From NCBI GenBank assembly GCA_963773695.1, contig CAVZCE010000001.1, positions 205,702-269,701 on the forward strand: DNA of 64,000 nt, in the 5' to 3' direction. Below are positions 45,991-55,281 of this stretch, piece after piece. The notes below the pieces were generated by a model that had not been told where the DNA came from, did no database searches, and saw nothing but the letters and a program-made list of their open reading frames with translations. How positions within the stretch are numbered: the stretch's first letter is position 1; the number at the start of each line of letters is the position of its first letter. This DNA comes from an uncultured Chloroflexia bacterium (lineage in GTDB: Bacteria > Chloroflexota > Limnocylindria > QHBO01). The translations under genes were made by a program, and so were the position numbers.

Positions 45991-46020
45991 TTGACACATC
46001 GAGCACGCGGACGGTAGCAT
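45991..46020 (+). promoter_or_regulatory. Candidate sigma-A-type promoter (TTGACA-N18-TAGCAT) upstream of the flavoprotein/cytochrome b operon
   Basis: TTGACA at 45991-45996 and TAGCAT at 46015-46020 lie in a 171-bp non-coding gap. The only support is the -35/-10 consensus match. Confidence 0.35.
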
Positions 46021-46084
46021 CGGCCTGCCGCGACTCCGCCCCACCGCGCCTGAGCGCGCATGCAGGACCGAGCGAACGACGCCC

Positions 46085-48037
46085 TTGATCTCCCAGAACG
46101 CAATCCCTCTCCGATTCCAGACGGCCGAGGTTGGCGTCGACTGGTTGCAGTGCAACATCGAATGCCAGGAAGGCTGCCCCGTCAACACCAACTGCCGGGG
46201 CTACCTCATGCTGGCCGCGGAAGGGCGCTTCGAGGAGGGGTACATCCTCGCCCGCGACCCCAACCCGGTGGCCGCCATCTGCGGGTACGTCTGCAGCGCG
46301 CCGTGCGAGAAGGCCTGTCGCCGCGCGGACATCGACAAGCCGCTCGCCATCCGGGCCATGAAGCGCTTCCTGGTCGACTGGCACTACGCCAACAACATGC
46401 CCGACCAGGTCGATGTCGCTCCGCCCACCGGCAAGAGCGTGGGAGTGGTGGGCGCCGGCCCGGCGGGCCTCTCGGTCGCCAGGGACCTGGCCGCCGACGG
46501 CCACGAGGTCCACGTCTACGACGCGCTCCCCTCGGCGGGAGGCACCACCCTCATCGGCGTGCCGGCCTTCCGGCTGCCGCGCGACATCATCGAGCTCGAC
46601 GTCGCCTACGTCGCCAGCCACGGCGTGGAGTTCCACTACAACGTGGAGATCGGCCGCGACATCACGCTCGACGAGCTGCGCACGCGCCATGACGCGGTGG
46701 TTGTCGCCACCGGCTGCATGTTCCCGGTCGCCATGAACGTGCCCGGCGAGGAGCTCGACGGGGTGATCTACGGGGTCGACTTCCTGAAGCGGGCCAACCT
46801 GGGCCAGGAGCAGTGGGTGGGCGAGCACGTCCTCGTCATCGGTGGCGGCTACACCGCCATGGACTCCTCGCGCACCGCGCTGCGTCTCGGCGCCCGGACC
46901 TCCACGATCCTGTACCGCCGCGGGCCCGACGAGATGGTGGTCGACGAGGAGGAGCAGCACGAGACCCGCTTCGAGGGCGTGCAGTTCGAGTTCTTCGCCT
47001 CGCCGGTCGAGGTGCTCGGCGACGAGCACGGCAAGGTGGTCGGGATGCGGTTCCAGCGAACGCGCCTCGGGCCGCCGGACGCCACCGGGCGCCGCTCGGC
47101 GGAGCCCATCCCCGGCAGCGAGTTCGTGGTCCCCTGCGACATGGTCATCCCCTGCACCAGCCAGGCCGCCGACAACAACGTGCTGGGTCGCTACGGGAGC
47201 CAGCTCAACCGGCACCTGGGCGTGACCGACTCGCGCGCCGTGGTGGCCGGCGGCTCCACCTCCGCCTGGCGCACGGCGCCACCGTCCGTGGAGGGCGAGA
47301 CCGATGGCGACGCCTTCGACTTCCGGCGCGGCTACCTCACCATCAACCCCGACACGTTCGAGACGAGCGTCTCCGGCGTCTTCGCCTGCGGCGACTACGT
47401 GACCGGTCCGGCAACGATCATCGAGTCCGCCGGCCGGGGACGCCGGACCGCCCGCGCCGTGAGCCGCTGGCTGGGCGGGGTCCCCCAGGAGGAGCTCGCC
47501 GAGCTGCCGGTGATCAACCGCGCGGTGATCACCCAGGCGCTCGAGCACGACATGCCCAAGGACTACGAGGCGTTCGAGCGCCACCACATCCCCATGGCCC
47601 CGCCGGAGCTGCGCCGCGACTTCACGAGCCTCGTGGAGATCGGCTACGACACCCGGTCTGCCATCGAGGAGGGGGCCCGCTGCCTGCAGTGCAACCACAA
47701 CATCAACATCGACGGCCCGCGCTGTATCCTCTGCGGCCTCTGCGCCGACGTCTGTCCCGAGGGCGTGATCTACATGATCGACAAGGGGCAGGTGGGCGGC
47801 GACGATCCCGAGATCGAGGCGTTCCAGTCCTGGCCCCGCGGCATTGCCATGATCATCGACGAGGAGCGCTGCATCCGCTGCAACCTCTGCGTCGAACGGT
47901 GTCCGACCAACTGCATCACGATGGACCGCCTCGAGCTGGAGCGGTTCACGCCTGACGGGAAGGTTCTGTTGGAGAGCTACAAGGACAACGTCCTGGGACA
48001 GATCGGTCAGCAGGCCGGATCGGTGGTGCGACGATGA
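46085..48037 (+). CDS. GltD/NfnB-like NAD(P)H-dependent FAD/Fe-S oxidoreductase with two C-terminal 4Fe-4S ferredoxin motifs (soluble)
   Basis: The N-terminal Cys clusters are [11 protein letters not shown]...[23 protein letters not shown] and [12 protein letters not shown] are the two Rossmann motifs. The C-terminal [26 protein letters not shown] and [12 protein letters not shown] are ferredoxin motifs. It starts with TTG (uncertain), and its stop overlaps the cytochrome b6 start as ATGA. Confidence 0.75.
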   Translation: MISQNAIPLRFQTAEVGVDWLQCNIECQEGCPVNTNCRGYLMLAAEGRFEEGYILARDPNPVAAICGYVCSAPCEKACRRADIDKPLAIRAMKRFLVDWHYANNMPDQVDVAPPTGKSVGVVGAGPAGLSVARDLAADGHEVHVYDALPSAGGTTLIGVPAFRLPRDIIELDVAYVASHGVEFHYNVEIGRDITLDELRTRHDAVVVATGCMFPVAMNVPGEELDGVIYGVDFLKRANLGQEQWVGEHVLVIGGGYTAMDSSRTALRLGARTSTILYRRGPDEMVVDEEEQHETRFEGVQFEFFASPVEVLGDEHGKVVGMRFQRTRLGPPDATGRRSAEPIPGSEFVVPCDMVIPCTSQAADNNVLGRYGSQLNRHLGVTDSRAVVAGGSTSAWRTAPPSVEGETDGDAFDFRRGYLTINPDTFETSVSGVFACGDYVTGPATIIESAGRGRRTARAVSRWLGGVPQEELAELPVINRAVITQALEHDMPKDYEAFERHHIPMAPPELRRDFTSLVEIGYDTRSAIEEGARCLQCNHNINIDGPRCILCGLCADVCPEGVIYMIDKGQVGGDDPEIEAFQSWPRGIAMIIDEERCIRCNLCVERCPTNCITMDRLELERFTPDGKVLLESYKDNVLGQIGQQAGSVVRR

Positions 48038-48768
48038 GCTTCCCCGGACCGGGCGACTGGTACCGCGGCCTGAAGGAGACGCAGGTCTGGCGCTCACTCT
48101 TCCGCCAGCCATATCCGTCCACCAGCCGCACGCGCGCGCTGGCGGTCATGAACAACGTCTTCCTGCACCTGCACCCGGTGCGGGTCAAGAGGCACGCGGT
48201 TCGCTACACGTACACCTTCTGCCTGGGCGGGATCAGCTTCTTCCTCTTCCTGGCCCTGACCGTGACCGGCCTGTACCTCATGTTCTTCTACGTGCCCTCG
48301 GTCAGCCGCGCCTACCAGGACATCCTGGCTATCGAGAACTCGGTGGCCTTCGGGGAGCTCGTCCGGAACATGCACCGATGGGCGGCGCACCTCATGGTGC
48401 TCACCGTCTTCCTCCACATGATCCGCGTCTTCTATCACGGCGCCTACAAGCCGCCGCGCGAGTTCAACTGGGTGATCGGGGTCCTGCTCCTCTTCTCGAC
48501 CCTGTGGCTCAGCTTCACCGGCTACCTGCTGCCGTGGGACCAGATCGCCTTCTGGGCCATCACGGTCGGCACGCAGATGGCCACCTACGCCCCGCTCCTC
48601 TCACAGCAGTCGTCGCTCTTCCTCCTCGGCGGGATCGAGGTGGGCCAGGGCACCCTGCTCCGGTTTTACGTGTTCCATGTCATCGCCTTCCCGCTGATCG
48701 CCGCCATCCTGATGATCGTCCACTTCTGGAGGATCCGGAAGGACGGCGGAATCAGTGGGCCGGTGTGA
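48034..48768 (+). CDS. petB: Cytochrome b6-type cytochrome b (4-helix N-terminal half, bis-heme)
   Basis: Heme-ligand histidines are present in [23 protein letters not shown] and [20 protein letters not shown]. The W..LP (PEWY region) lies in the next gene, so cytochrome b is split. Confidence 0.8.
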   Translation: MSFPGPGDWYRGLKETQVWRSLFRQPYPSTSRTRALAVMNNVFLHLHPVRVKRHAVRYTYTFCLGGISFFLFLALTVTGLYLMFFYVPSVSRAYQDILAIENSVAFGELVRNMHRWAAHLMVLTVFLHMIRVFYHGAYKPPREFNWVIGVLLLFSTLWLSFTGYLLPWDQIAFWAITVGTQMATYAPLLSQQSSLFLLGGIEVGQGTLLRFYVFHVIAFPLIAAILMIVHFWRIRKDGGISGPV

Positions 48769-48795
48769 GCGCGGTAGGATAGGGACGGCAGACCC

Positions 48796-49413
48796 ATGAC
48801 CATCGAGAAGCGGCCAAACGCGACCGCCGACAAGAACGCTCCGACCCAGGCGCCACGGGTGCCGACCGTCGAGCGCGGAGGCGGGCCAAAGCTTCCCGGA
48901 CCCCCCGGCGTGCCGGGGACCGAGCGGTTCCGCCTGCTCGCCTACGTCAAGCAGGAGTCCATGGTCCGCGTCGACAAGCGACCGGACGAGACCGTCCTGA
49001 CCTGGCCCCACCTGCTCCGAGCGGAGTTCCTGATGGCCGCGCTGATCACCGGGCTCCTGGTGGTCGCATCGGTCTTCATCCAGGCGCCGCTCGAGCAGAT
49101 GGCGAACGCGGGCAACACGCCGCACGTCGCCAAGGCGCCGTGGTACTTCCTGGGTCTGCAGGAGATTCTCAGCTACTTCAACCCTGCGGTGGCCGGCGTC
49201 TTCGTGCCGACCATCTACCTGGGTGGCCTCGCGATCGTCCCGTTCCTCGACCGCTCGCCGTTCAAGGCGGCCCGTGACCGGAAGCTGATCTGGGTCTTCT
49301 TCATGTGCCTGATGGTGGGCGGCCTGATCGTCACCTTCATCGGGTCCTTCTTCAGAGGCCCGGGCTGGAACTGGGTCTGGCCGTGGGAAGGGGGCATCTT
49401 CTTCAACCTATGA
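48796..49413 (+). CDS. petD: Cytochrome b C-terminal domain / b6f subunit IV-like
   Basis: PHVAKAPWYFLGLQEILSYF contains the PEWY-equivalent motif. It has three TM helices. Confidence 0.75.
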   Translation: MTIEKRPNATADKNAPTQAPRVPTVERGGGPKLPGPPGVPGTERFRLLAYVKQESMVRVDKRPDETVLTWPHLLRAEFLMAALITGLLVVASVFIQAPLEQMANAGNTPHVAKAPWYFLGLQEILSYFNPAVAGVFVPTIYLGGLAIVPFLDRSPFKAARDRKLIWVFFMCLMVGGLIVTFIGSFFRGPGWNWVWPWEGGIFFNL

Positions 49414-50072
49414 GCAGTCGCACGAATCTTTCCTATGGAGCCGTCACGGGCGCTCCCCAGCGGGAGATCAGCCGCCGGACCTTCATGCGCCGCATGCTCG
49501 GCGCGGGCATGGGCCTCCTGGGGCTCGAGTTCCTGGGCGGCACCCTGGCATTCCTGTGGCCGAACCTCTCGGGCGGCCTGGGCGGCAAGATCACGCTCGG
49601 TTCCGCGAGCGACATCATGACCGTCTGGCCGGACTGGGCGAAGGGGCAGCCCTACACGTACCAGAAGGCGCGCCTCTTCTTCGTCAACGTCCCCGCCGGC
49701 GAGCAGCTGGTGGACGGCAAGACCCCGAACGTTCCCGACCCGGGCAAGAAGGTGGACGAGACCATCCCCGTCAAGGACCGCTCGGTCCTGGCCCTCTACC
49801 GCAAGTGCCCGCACCTCGGCTGCCAGATCCCTCCGCTGTGCGAGAAGAGCCACTGGTTCGAGTGCCTCTGCCACGGCAGCAAGTACACGATCCTGGGCGA
49901 GAAGCGTGACGGCCCCGCCCCGCGCGGGATGGACCACTTCCCGGTGCTGGTCGACAGCTCCGGTGTCTACACGGTGGACACCGGAAAGAAGGTCACGGGC
50001 TCCCCGGTGGGGACCGTCACCTTCGACCCGCGCACCGCGGCCGATCTCACCGGCAAGCACTGCTCGGGCTGA
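49410..50072 (+). CDS. Rieske [2Fe-2S] iron-sulfur subunit with a twin-arginine signal
   Basis: The Tat motif is RRTFMRRMLGAG. CPHLGC and CLCHGSKY are the Rieske boxes. The ATG overlaps the upstream stop as ATGA. Confidence 0.85.
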   Translation: MSSRTNLSYGAVTGAPQREISRRTFMRRMLGAGMGLLGLEFLGGTLAFLWPNLSGGLGGKITLGSASDIMTVWPDWAKGQPYTYQKARLFFVNVPAGEQLVDGKTPNVPDPGKKVDETIPVKDRSVLALYRKCPHLGCQIPPLCEKSHWFECLCHGSKYTILGEKRDGPAPRGMDHFPVLVDSSGVYTVDTGKKVTGSPVGTVTFDPRTAADLTGKHCSG

Positions 50073-50076
50073 GGCG

Positions 50077-50883
50077 ATGCGGATCAAGACGCTTGGAGTC
50101 CTGGTGGTGAGCGCGCTGGCGATCTTCACCATGTTCTACTGGTTGACGGACTCCTCGCGCCTCTCTTCCCGGCAGCAGACCGCGCAGGAGGAGCAGCTCG
50201 CCTTCGGCAAGGAGGTCTTCGCCAACAACCCGAACGACCCGTCCGCCGCGGGCTGCGCGCGCTGCCACGGCGCGGACGGAATGGGCGGTCCCGTCCCCGG
50301 GCAGCCGGGGCTCAACGCGCCGAATCTCCACAGCCCCAGCCTCGCGAGCAAGCTGAAGGTCAACCCGGATTACGTCAACCTCGTGATCCGGTTCGGCGGC
50401 GTCGTCGTCTCCGGCAACGTGAGCTCGGTGATGCCGGCCTGGAGCACGGAGGTCGGCGGACCGCTCACCGTGCAGCAGATCGATGCGCTCACTGCGCTCG
50501 TGACGGGCTGGGCGAAGGAGAACGCGAACGCCAGCCAGTCGCCGCCACCCAACACCGCCGACGCGGGCAAGGAGGTCTACAACTCGGTCGGCTGCGTCAG
50601 CTGCCACCAGGCCGACCTGGGCGGCGTCCCCGGCACCTTCCCGAGCCTGCAGAACGTCGGGAACGAGATCGGGACCGGGCTCCCGAATCCGCCGTCGGGG
50701 CTGGACCAGATGAAGGCGGACTACGCGAAGGATCCGGCGACCTTCTTCACGAAGTGGATCCGCGACTCGTCGAACAACTACAACGGCGGCACCGCGACGG
50801 GAATGCCTGCCTTCCCCCAGTCGCAGCTGTCCGACGACCAGCTGCAGGCGCTCATCACCTTCCTGCTGACGCAGAAGCAGTGA
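50077..50883 (+). CDS. Membrane-anchored diheme cytochrome c
   Basis: Two CxxCH motifs (CARCHG, CVSCHQ) follow an N-terminal TM helix. Confidence 0.8.
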   Translation: MRIKTLGVLVVSALAIFTMFYWLTDSSRLSSRQQTAQEEQLAFGKEVFANNPNDPSAAGCARCHGADGMGGPVPGQPGLNAPNLHSPSLASKLKVNPDYVNLVIRFGGVVVSGNVSSVMPAWSTEVGGPLTVQQIDALTALVTGWAKENANASQSPPPNTADAGKEVYNSVGCVSCHQADLGGVPGTFPSLQNVGNEIGTGLPNPPSGLDQMKADYAKDPATFFTKWIRDSSNNYNGGTATGMPAFPQSQLSDDQLQALITFLLTQKQ

Positions 50884-50920
50884 GCTCCTCGCAGCACGAC
50901 GTGGAGACCGTGACGGACCT

Positions 50921-51550
50921 ATGAGCCTGAACCGACCGCGATCCAGGATCACCGGCGCCAACCTGCTCGGCGAGGTCGACGACTTCATGAGCTGGCTGCT
51001 GTACGGCTACGAGACGTGGCTGATCGCCGTCCTCAAGGGCGTCCCGCTCTTCCTCTACGTCTACTTCCTGCTCGCCTACGTGCCGAACTACGTCTACTAC
51101 GGGGTGACGCAGTACCTGGGCTTCATCAAGTTCACGCCCGAGACGGGCTTCATCTTCGCGTTCGGCGCCGGCAGCGCCAACCTCGTGGTGTTCATCGTCC
51201 TGCTGATGTGGACGCAGGCCGGACGCGGGCGGCGCGGCTTTGCCTGGACCTTCGTGCGGATCGTGGACTTCCTGCAGCTGCTCTTCGTGTACCTCCTGCT
51301 CATCCCGCTCCTCGCCTTCAACATGGCGGGCGGCACGTTCGTGCCGCCGGAGGGGACGCCGTGGTACGGCCCCACCATCACGATCTCCCTCGGTGCCCAG
51401 GTCGCGATCCCGCTCGCCATCGCCTTCGGCATCCTGGTCGCCATCCTGGGGGCTGTGGTGCTCCTCTTCTTCGTGGTCGAGTACCGCCGCGTGACGCGCC
51501 GCGCAGCGCTGCCGGCGGAGGCACAGTCGACCGCCTACCTGCCGGGCTGA
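50921..51550 (+). CDS. Hypothetical polytopic membrane protein (4 TM helices), possible accessory subunit of the Rieske/cyt b complex
   Basis: It is hydrophobic, co-oriented, and starts 37 nt after the cytochrome c gene with a GGAGA RBS. Confidence 0.5.
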   Translation: MSLNRPRSRITGANLLGEVDDFMSWLLYGYETWLIAVLKGVPLFLYVYFLLAYVPNYVYYGVTQYLGFIKFTPETGFIFAFGAGSANLVVFIVLLMWTQAGRGRRGFAWTFVRIVDFLQLLFVYLLLIPLLAFNMAGGTFVPPEGTPWYGPTITISLGAQVAIPLAIAFGILVAILGAVVLLFFVVEYRRVTRRAALPAEAQSTAYLPG

Positions 51551-51636
51551 TCCGGCCCGCCGCCATCGACGCTCGCCGCTCCGGCTCGTCGCATCGCCCG
51601 CGATCCTGGCTCGCCCATGCCGCGTGGTCGGCGCTC

Positions 51637-51930
51637 GTGCTGCTCCTCGCCGCGATCCTCGTCGGGCTGGAGCTCGGCAGCCGCTGTCCGCCCGGCGGTC
51701 CGCTCGCCTTCGGCAGCTGCACGGTGCGTCCCACCGCCATCGGCGTCGTGGCGCTGGGCGCCGTGCTCTACGTCGCCGGCCTGACGGCGGTCCTCGCCTG
51801 GGTCGGCGGCCTGCAGCGGCGGCGAGTGGCGGATGCCCGCGCGGCGCGCGACTGGTACCTGCTGGCAGCGACCATCGGCCTGCCGATCGCCCCCCTTCTG
51901 GCCTTCACCGTTGTCCTCGCCCTTCGCTAG
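51637..51930 (+). CDS. Possible small membrane protein (98 aa), low confidence
   Basis: A GTG start opens a hydrophobic ORF with very high GC3 (VLLLAAILVGL...LAFTVVLALR). The exact start is uncertain. Confidence 0.3.
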   Translation: MLLLAAILVGLELGSRCPPGGPLAFGSCTVRPTAIGVVALGAVLYVAGLTAVLAWVGGLQRRRVADARAARDWYLLAATIGLPIAPLLAFTVVLALR

Positions 51931-51967
51931 GATGGGTACCTACCCTCCTACGGAGCGACTCTTCGAC

Positions 51968-53419
51968 ATGACCGTCTCCTCATCGCAGGAGCTCGTTGAT
52001 CTCCTCTCCGGTGCCGCCCGGATCAGCGGCGATCGCCTGTCCGTGACCGATGCCGGCCGGTTCCGGTCGGAGGTGATCGACCGTCTCGTCCGCGAGGCCG
52101 TCTTCAACGCCGACGAGGGGCTGCGCACCGCCGCCCGCTGGATCATCTGGGAGGCGAGCATCGAGCTCGGATGCCCGTCGGCCTCGATCCACGAGCTGTA
52201 CATGGCGCGGGGCCGGGGCGAGTTCGGGCCCACCGACTTCACCGTGCCGGCCATCAACGTCCGCGCGGATGCCTACCTCACCGCCCGCCAGGCCTTCGCC
52301 GCCGCCATGGAGCGCGACGCGGGCGCCATGATCTTCGAGATCGCCAAGAGCGAGATGGCGTACACCGACCAGCGGCCGGCGGAGTACACCGCGGTGATCC
52401 TGGCCGCCGCCATCCGCTCCGGCTGGCCCGGACCGGTCTTCCTCCAGGGCGACCACTTCCAGTTCAACGCCACGAAGTGGGCGGCGGACCCCGAGAAGGA
52501 GATGGCCGGCCTGCGTGAGCTCACGACGGAGGCCATCGGCGCCGGCTTCCTGAACATCGACATCGACTCGAGCACCCTGGTCGACCTCTCGCAGCCCACG
52601 GTCCCCGAGCAGCAGCGGACGAACGCAGAGAACAGCGCCTCGCTGACCCGGCTGATCCGCGAGCTGGAGCCCGATGGGGTCACCATCTCGGTGGGTGGCG
52701 AGATCGGCGAGGTCGGCAAGGCGAATTCGAACGAGGAGGAGCTGCGCGCCTACCTCGACGGGTACCTCGGCATGCTTCCCTCGGGCATGGCCGGCGTGAG
52801 CAAGGTGAGCATCCAGACCGGCACGAGCCACGGCGGCGTGGTCCTGCCGGACGGCACCGTGGCCCAGGTCAAGATCGACTTCGACACCATGAAGCGCCTC
52901 TCGACGGTGGCGCGCAGCGAGTACGGCCTGGCCGGCTGCGTCCAGCACGGCGCATCGACCCTGCCCGACGAGGCGTTCCACCACTTCCCCGGCAACGGGA
53001 CCGCGGAGATCCACCTGGCCACCGGCTTCCAGAACATCCTCTACGACGCCGGAGGGCTTCCCCACGCGCTGCGCGAGCAGATGATGGCGTGGGTCGCGGA
53101 GAACCTGGCCGGCGAGCGCAAGGAGGGCGAGACCGAGGAGCAGTTCCTCTACAAGTCGCGCAAGAAGGCCATCGGCCCGTTCAAGCGTGTCGTGTGGGAC
53201 CTGCCCGATGCTGCCGCGGACGAGATCGCGGGGCACCTGCGCGACAAGTTCGGCTTCCTCTTCGACCAGCTGAAGATCGCCGGGACCCGCGAGGTCGTCG
53301 ACCGGTTCGTCCACCCGGTGGCGGTCCATCGTCCACTGCCGAGGACGCTGGGCGGCGGCGCCGTCGCCGCGACGACGGCGGGCGCCCACGTCTTCGAGGA
53401 CGACGGCTCCGGGGAGTAA
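51968..53419 (+). CDS. Class II (metal-dependent) fructose/ketose-bisphosphate aldolase family protein, long form (483 aa)
   Basis: FLQGDHFQ, ISVGGEIGEVG, IQTGTSHGG and CVQHGASTL correspond to the HTDH / ELG / NVHG / FHGGSG zinc and active-site motifs of class II FBA. Confidence 0.7.
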   Translation: MTVSSSQELVDLLSGAARISGDRLSVTDAGRFRSEVIDRLVREAVFNADEGLRTAARWIIWEASIELGCPSASIHELYMARGRGEFGPTDFTVPAINVRADAYLTARQAFAAAMERDAGAMIFEIAKSEMAYTDQRPAEYTAVILAAAIRSGWPGPVFLQGDHFQFNATKWAADPEKEMAGLRELTTEAIGAGFLNIDIDSSTLVDLSQPTVPEQQRTNAENSASLTRLIRELEPDGVTISVGGEIGEVGKANSNEEELRAYLDGYLGMLPSGMAGVSKVSIQTGTSHGGVVLPDGTVAQVKIDFDTMKRLSTVARSEYGLAGCVQHGASTLPDEAFHHFPGNGTAEIHLATGFQNILYDAGGLPHALREQMMAWVAENLAGERKEGETEEQFLYKSRKKAIGPFKRVVWDLPDAAADEIAGHLRDKFGFLFDQLKIAGTREVVDRFVHPVAVHRPLPRTLGGGAVAATTAGAHVFEDDGSGE

Positions 53420-53679
53420 CCCGGAGGGACGTGACGGCCGACCCCGTGCGGACCGCCGTACCCGCCGGCCGTACCCACCGGGTGGGCGAGCGGTGACGGA
53501 GCTCCTCGAAGGAGGGGTGTCAGGGCCGATCCATGCACCCCATGGGTGAGGGGCGGCCGGAACCGGAGCGTCGGTATCGTCCCCACCCGCGGGGTGGGTG
53601 GACAGGGCCGGAGATGGATCGCAACCCGGCCCGGGTCACTCCCCGCCCGCCGGGTGAATAGCGCGGCCGCGCGGTGACC

Positions 53680-54414
53680 CTAGCGGCCGAGGGCGCGGCG
53701 CAGGCCGGGAACCGAGGCGAGGCCGACCAGGCGACGGAGCGCCGCCGGCGAGAGCCCCGCGACCAGGCGGGCGGCGCGCGCCAGCTCCTGGGGCTCGACG
53801 GATTCGAGGAGGCTGACGAGCCGCGCCAGCATCGCCTCGTCGAGCTCGCCCAGGACGGCGAAGAGGCGTTCGGTGGCGGACGGCTCCGCGTCCACGAAGA
53901 TGCCCACGCCGCGATCGAAGAGGTTGACGAAGCGCAGGAGGCCCTCCAGCCGGTCGCTGAGCGCGGCGAGCTCGGCGTGCTCATCTGAGGCGGCCGCCTT
54001 CGCCGGCCCGGACCCCTCCCGGGCAAGCCGGGCGCAGCGGGCGATGACCGGGACGACGGGGTCCGTCTCGCGCTCCTTGCGCGCCTTCGCGACGCGTCGG
54101 AACCACTCCCAGTTGTCGCCGACCACCACATACGCGGCGGCCTCCGGCCCGCGCCTCCCCGTCCGCCGCCCCGTCTCGGTGCGGTCGATCAGCCCCCACT
54201 CGCTGCATTCGGCGAGCGCCATGGAGGCGGCCCGGTGGGAGAGCCCCAGGGCGCGGCGGATCTCCGGCTCGGTCAGCGGGCCTCCGTGGACCAGGAAGTA
54301 GCCCTGCACCGCGGCCGTGGAGGGAGCCACGCCCCATGCCGCGCCGATGGCGCCCCACGCCTGCGCGAACTCGCGCCGGATCCCCTCCGCGTCCGAGATT
54401 CGGTGCGTCTCCAT
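53680..54414 (-). CDS. GbsR/MarR-family winged-helix transcriptional regulator
   Basis: YFLVHGGPLTEPEIRRALGLSHRAASMALAECSEWGLI is a GbsR-like HTH. A GCGCGGCCGCGCG palindrome follows directly after the stop. Confidence 0.6.
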   Translation of the reverse strand: METHRISDAEGIRREFAQAWGAIGAAWGVAPSTAAVQGYFLVHGGPLTEPEIRRALGLSHRAASMALAECSEWGLIDRTETGRRTGRRGPEAAAYVVVGDNWEWFRRVAKARKERETDPVVPVIARCARLAREGSGPAKAAASDEHAELAALSDRLEGLLRFVNLFDRGVGIFVDAEPSATERLFAVLGELDEAMLARLVSLLESVEPQELARAARLVAGLSPAALRRLVGLASVPGLRRALGR

Positions 54415-54550
54415 TGCATCTCCGGCCATGGCCCCTCGATCCATACCTGCTGCCCTACGGTAGCCGATTTGGCCGGCCGGCTCCCACCCCCCGGGCGGCG
54501 CGCCGCAGGTGGCGTCTCGCGTCGCGGGCTTCCGGCGCCGGACAGCGCAA

Positions 54551-54572
54551 GGCCCCGGATCGCTCCGGGGCC
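54551..54572 (-). terminator. Perfect hairpin GGCCCCGG-ATCGCT-CCGGGGCC 30 bp downstream of the erpA-like gene stop
   Basis: It is an 8-bp GC stem followed on the transcribed strand by TTGCGCTGTC. Confidence 0.45.
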
Positions 54573-54601
54573 CCGCGGTGATCGCCGAGAGGGAGAGGGA
54601 T

Positions 54602-55027
54602 CTAGTGGGCGCAGCCGCCGGCGCGCGCGGGCGAACCGTCCGTGTTGAACGACTGGCCGCACGAGCAGCTGGAAACGGCGTTCGGGTTGTTGATGGCGAA
54701 GCCGGAGCCCATCAGCGAGTCGACGTAGTCGATCTCCGCCCCCTCGACGTGCTGGGCGCTGAAGGCGTCGATCACGATCGGCACGCCGCCGTGATCCTCG
54801 ACGCGGTCGTCGTCGGCAAGCCGATCGTCGAAGGCCAGGCCGTAGCTGAAGCCGGAGCAGCCGCCGGACTTCACGAAGAGCCGAAGGCGAGCATCCGGCT
54901 TGCCCTCGCGCGTGCGGAGCTCGTTCACCTTCGTCGCGGCGGCATCGGTCAGGGTGACGAGCGGCTCGGCTGCAGGGGCCGGGGCCGCCTGGGGGATCGG
55001 CTGCGGCGTCGTCTCGGACATGGTCAT
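54602..55027 (-). CDS. A-type Fe-S cluster carrier (ErpA/IscA/SufA, HesB family)
   Basis: LRLFVKSGGCSGFSY and CSCGQSF are the three conserved Cys. An AGGAGA RBS lies 13 nt upstream of the ATG. Confidence 0.85.
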   Translation of the reverse strand: MTMSETTPQPIPQAAPAPAAEPLVTLTDAAATKVNELRTREGKPDARLRLFVKSGGCSGFSYGLAFDDRLADDDRVEDHGGVPIVIDAFSAQHVEGAEIDYVDSLMGSGFAINNPNAVSSCSCGQSFNTDGSPARAGGCAH

Positions 55028-55281
55028 TGGACGCGGATTCTCCTCTCGGCGCTCTGGCGAGCGACGTTGGCGGTGATGGTCGCTCTGGAAAGTATACCAG
55101 TGACGATTCTCGAGCCGGCAATGGCCCGATGGAGCCAGATCTCGCACGCGACGTGCCGTGATGCCATCAGGGCCATTCCGCACGGGTGGTCGGGACCGAT
55201 GGAGGTCGGCGACCGCAGGCCACCATCGGTACACTCACAGGACGCACCCAGACCTATGTTCGCGCAGGAGAGGCACCCAAG

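Noticed and set aside
45961-46000. A CRP/FNR-type site (TGTG...CACA flanking the -35 of the candidate promoter)
   Set aside because: The half-site spacing is 12 nt rather than 6, so it does not fit the TGTGA-N6-TCACA class. It is noted only as a weak inverted repeat.
46131-46736. Alternative-frame ORFs inside the flavoprotein gene (46131..46361, 46413..46736)
   Set aside because: They are short, out-of-frame, Arg/Ala-rich, and fully contained within a gene whose own frame has clear Fe-S and Rossmann motifs.
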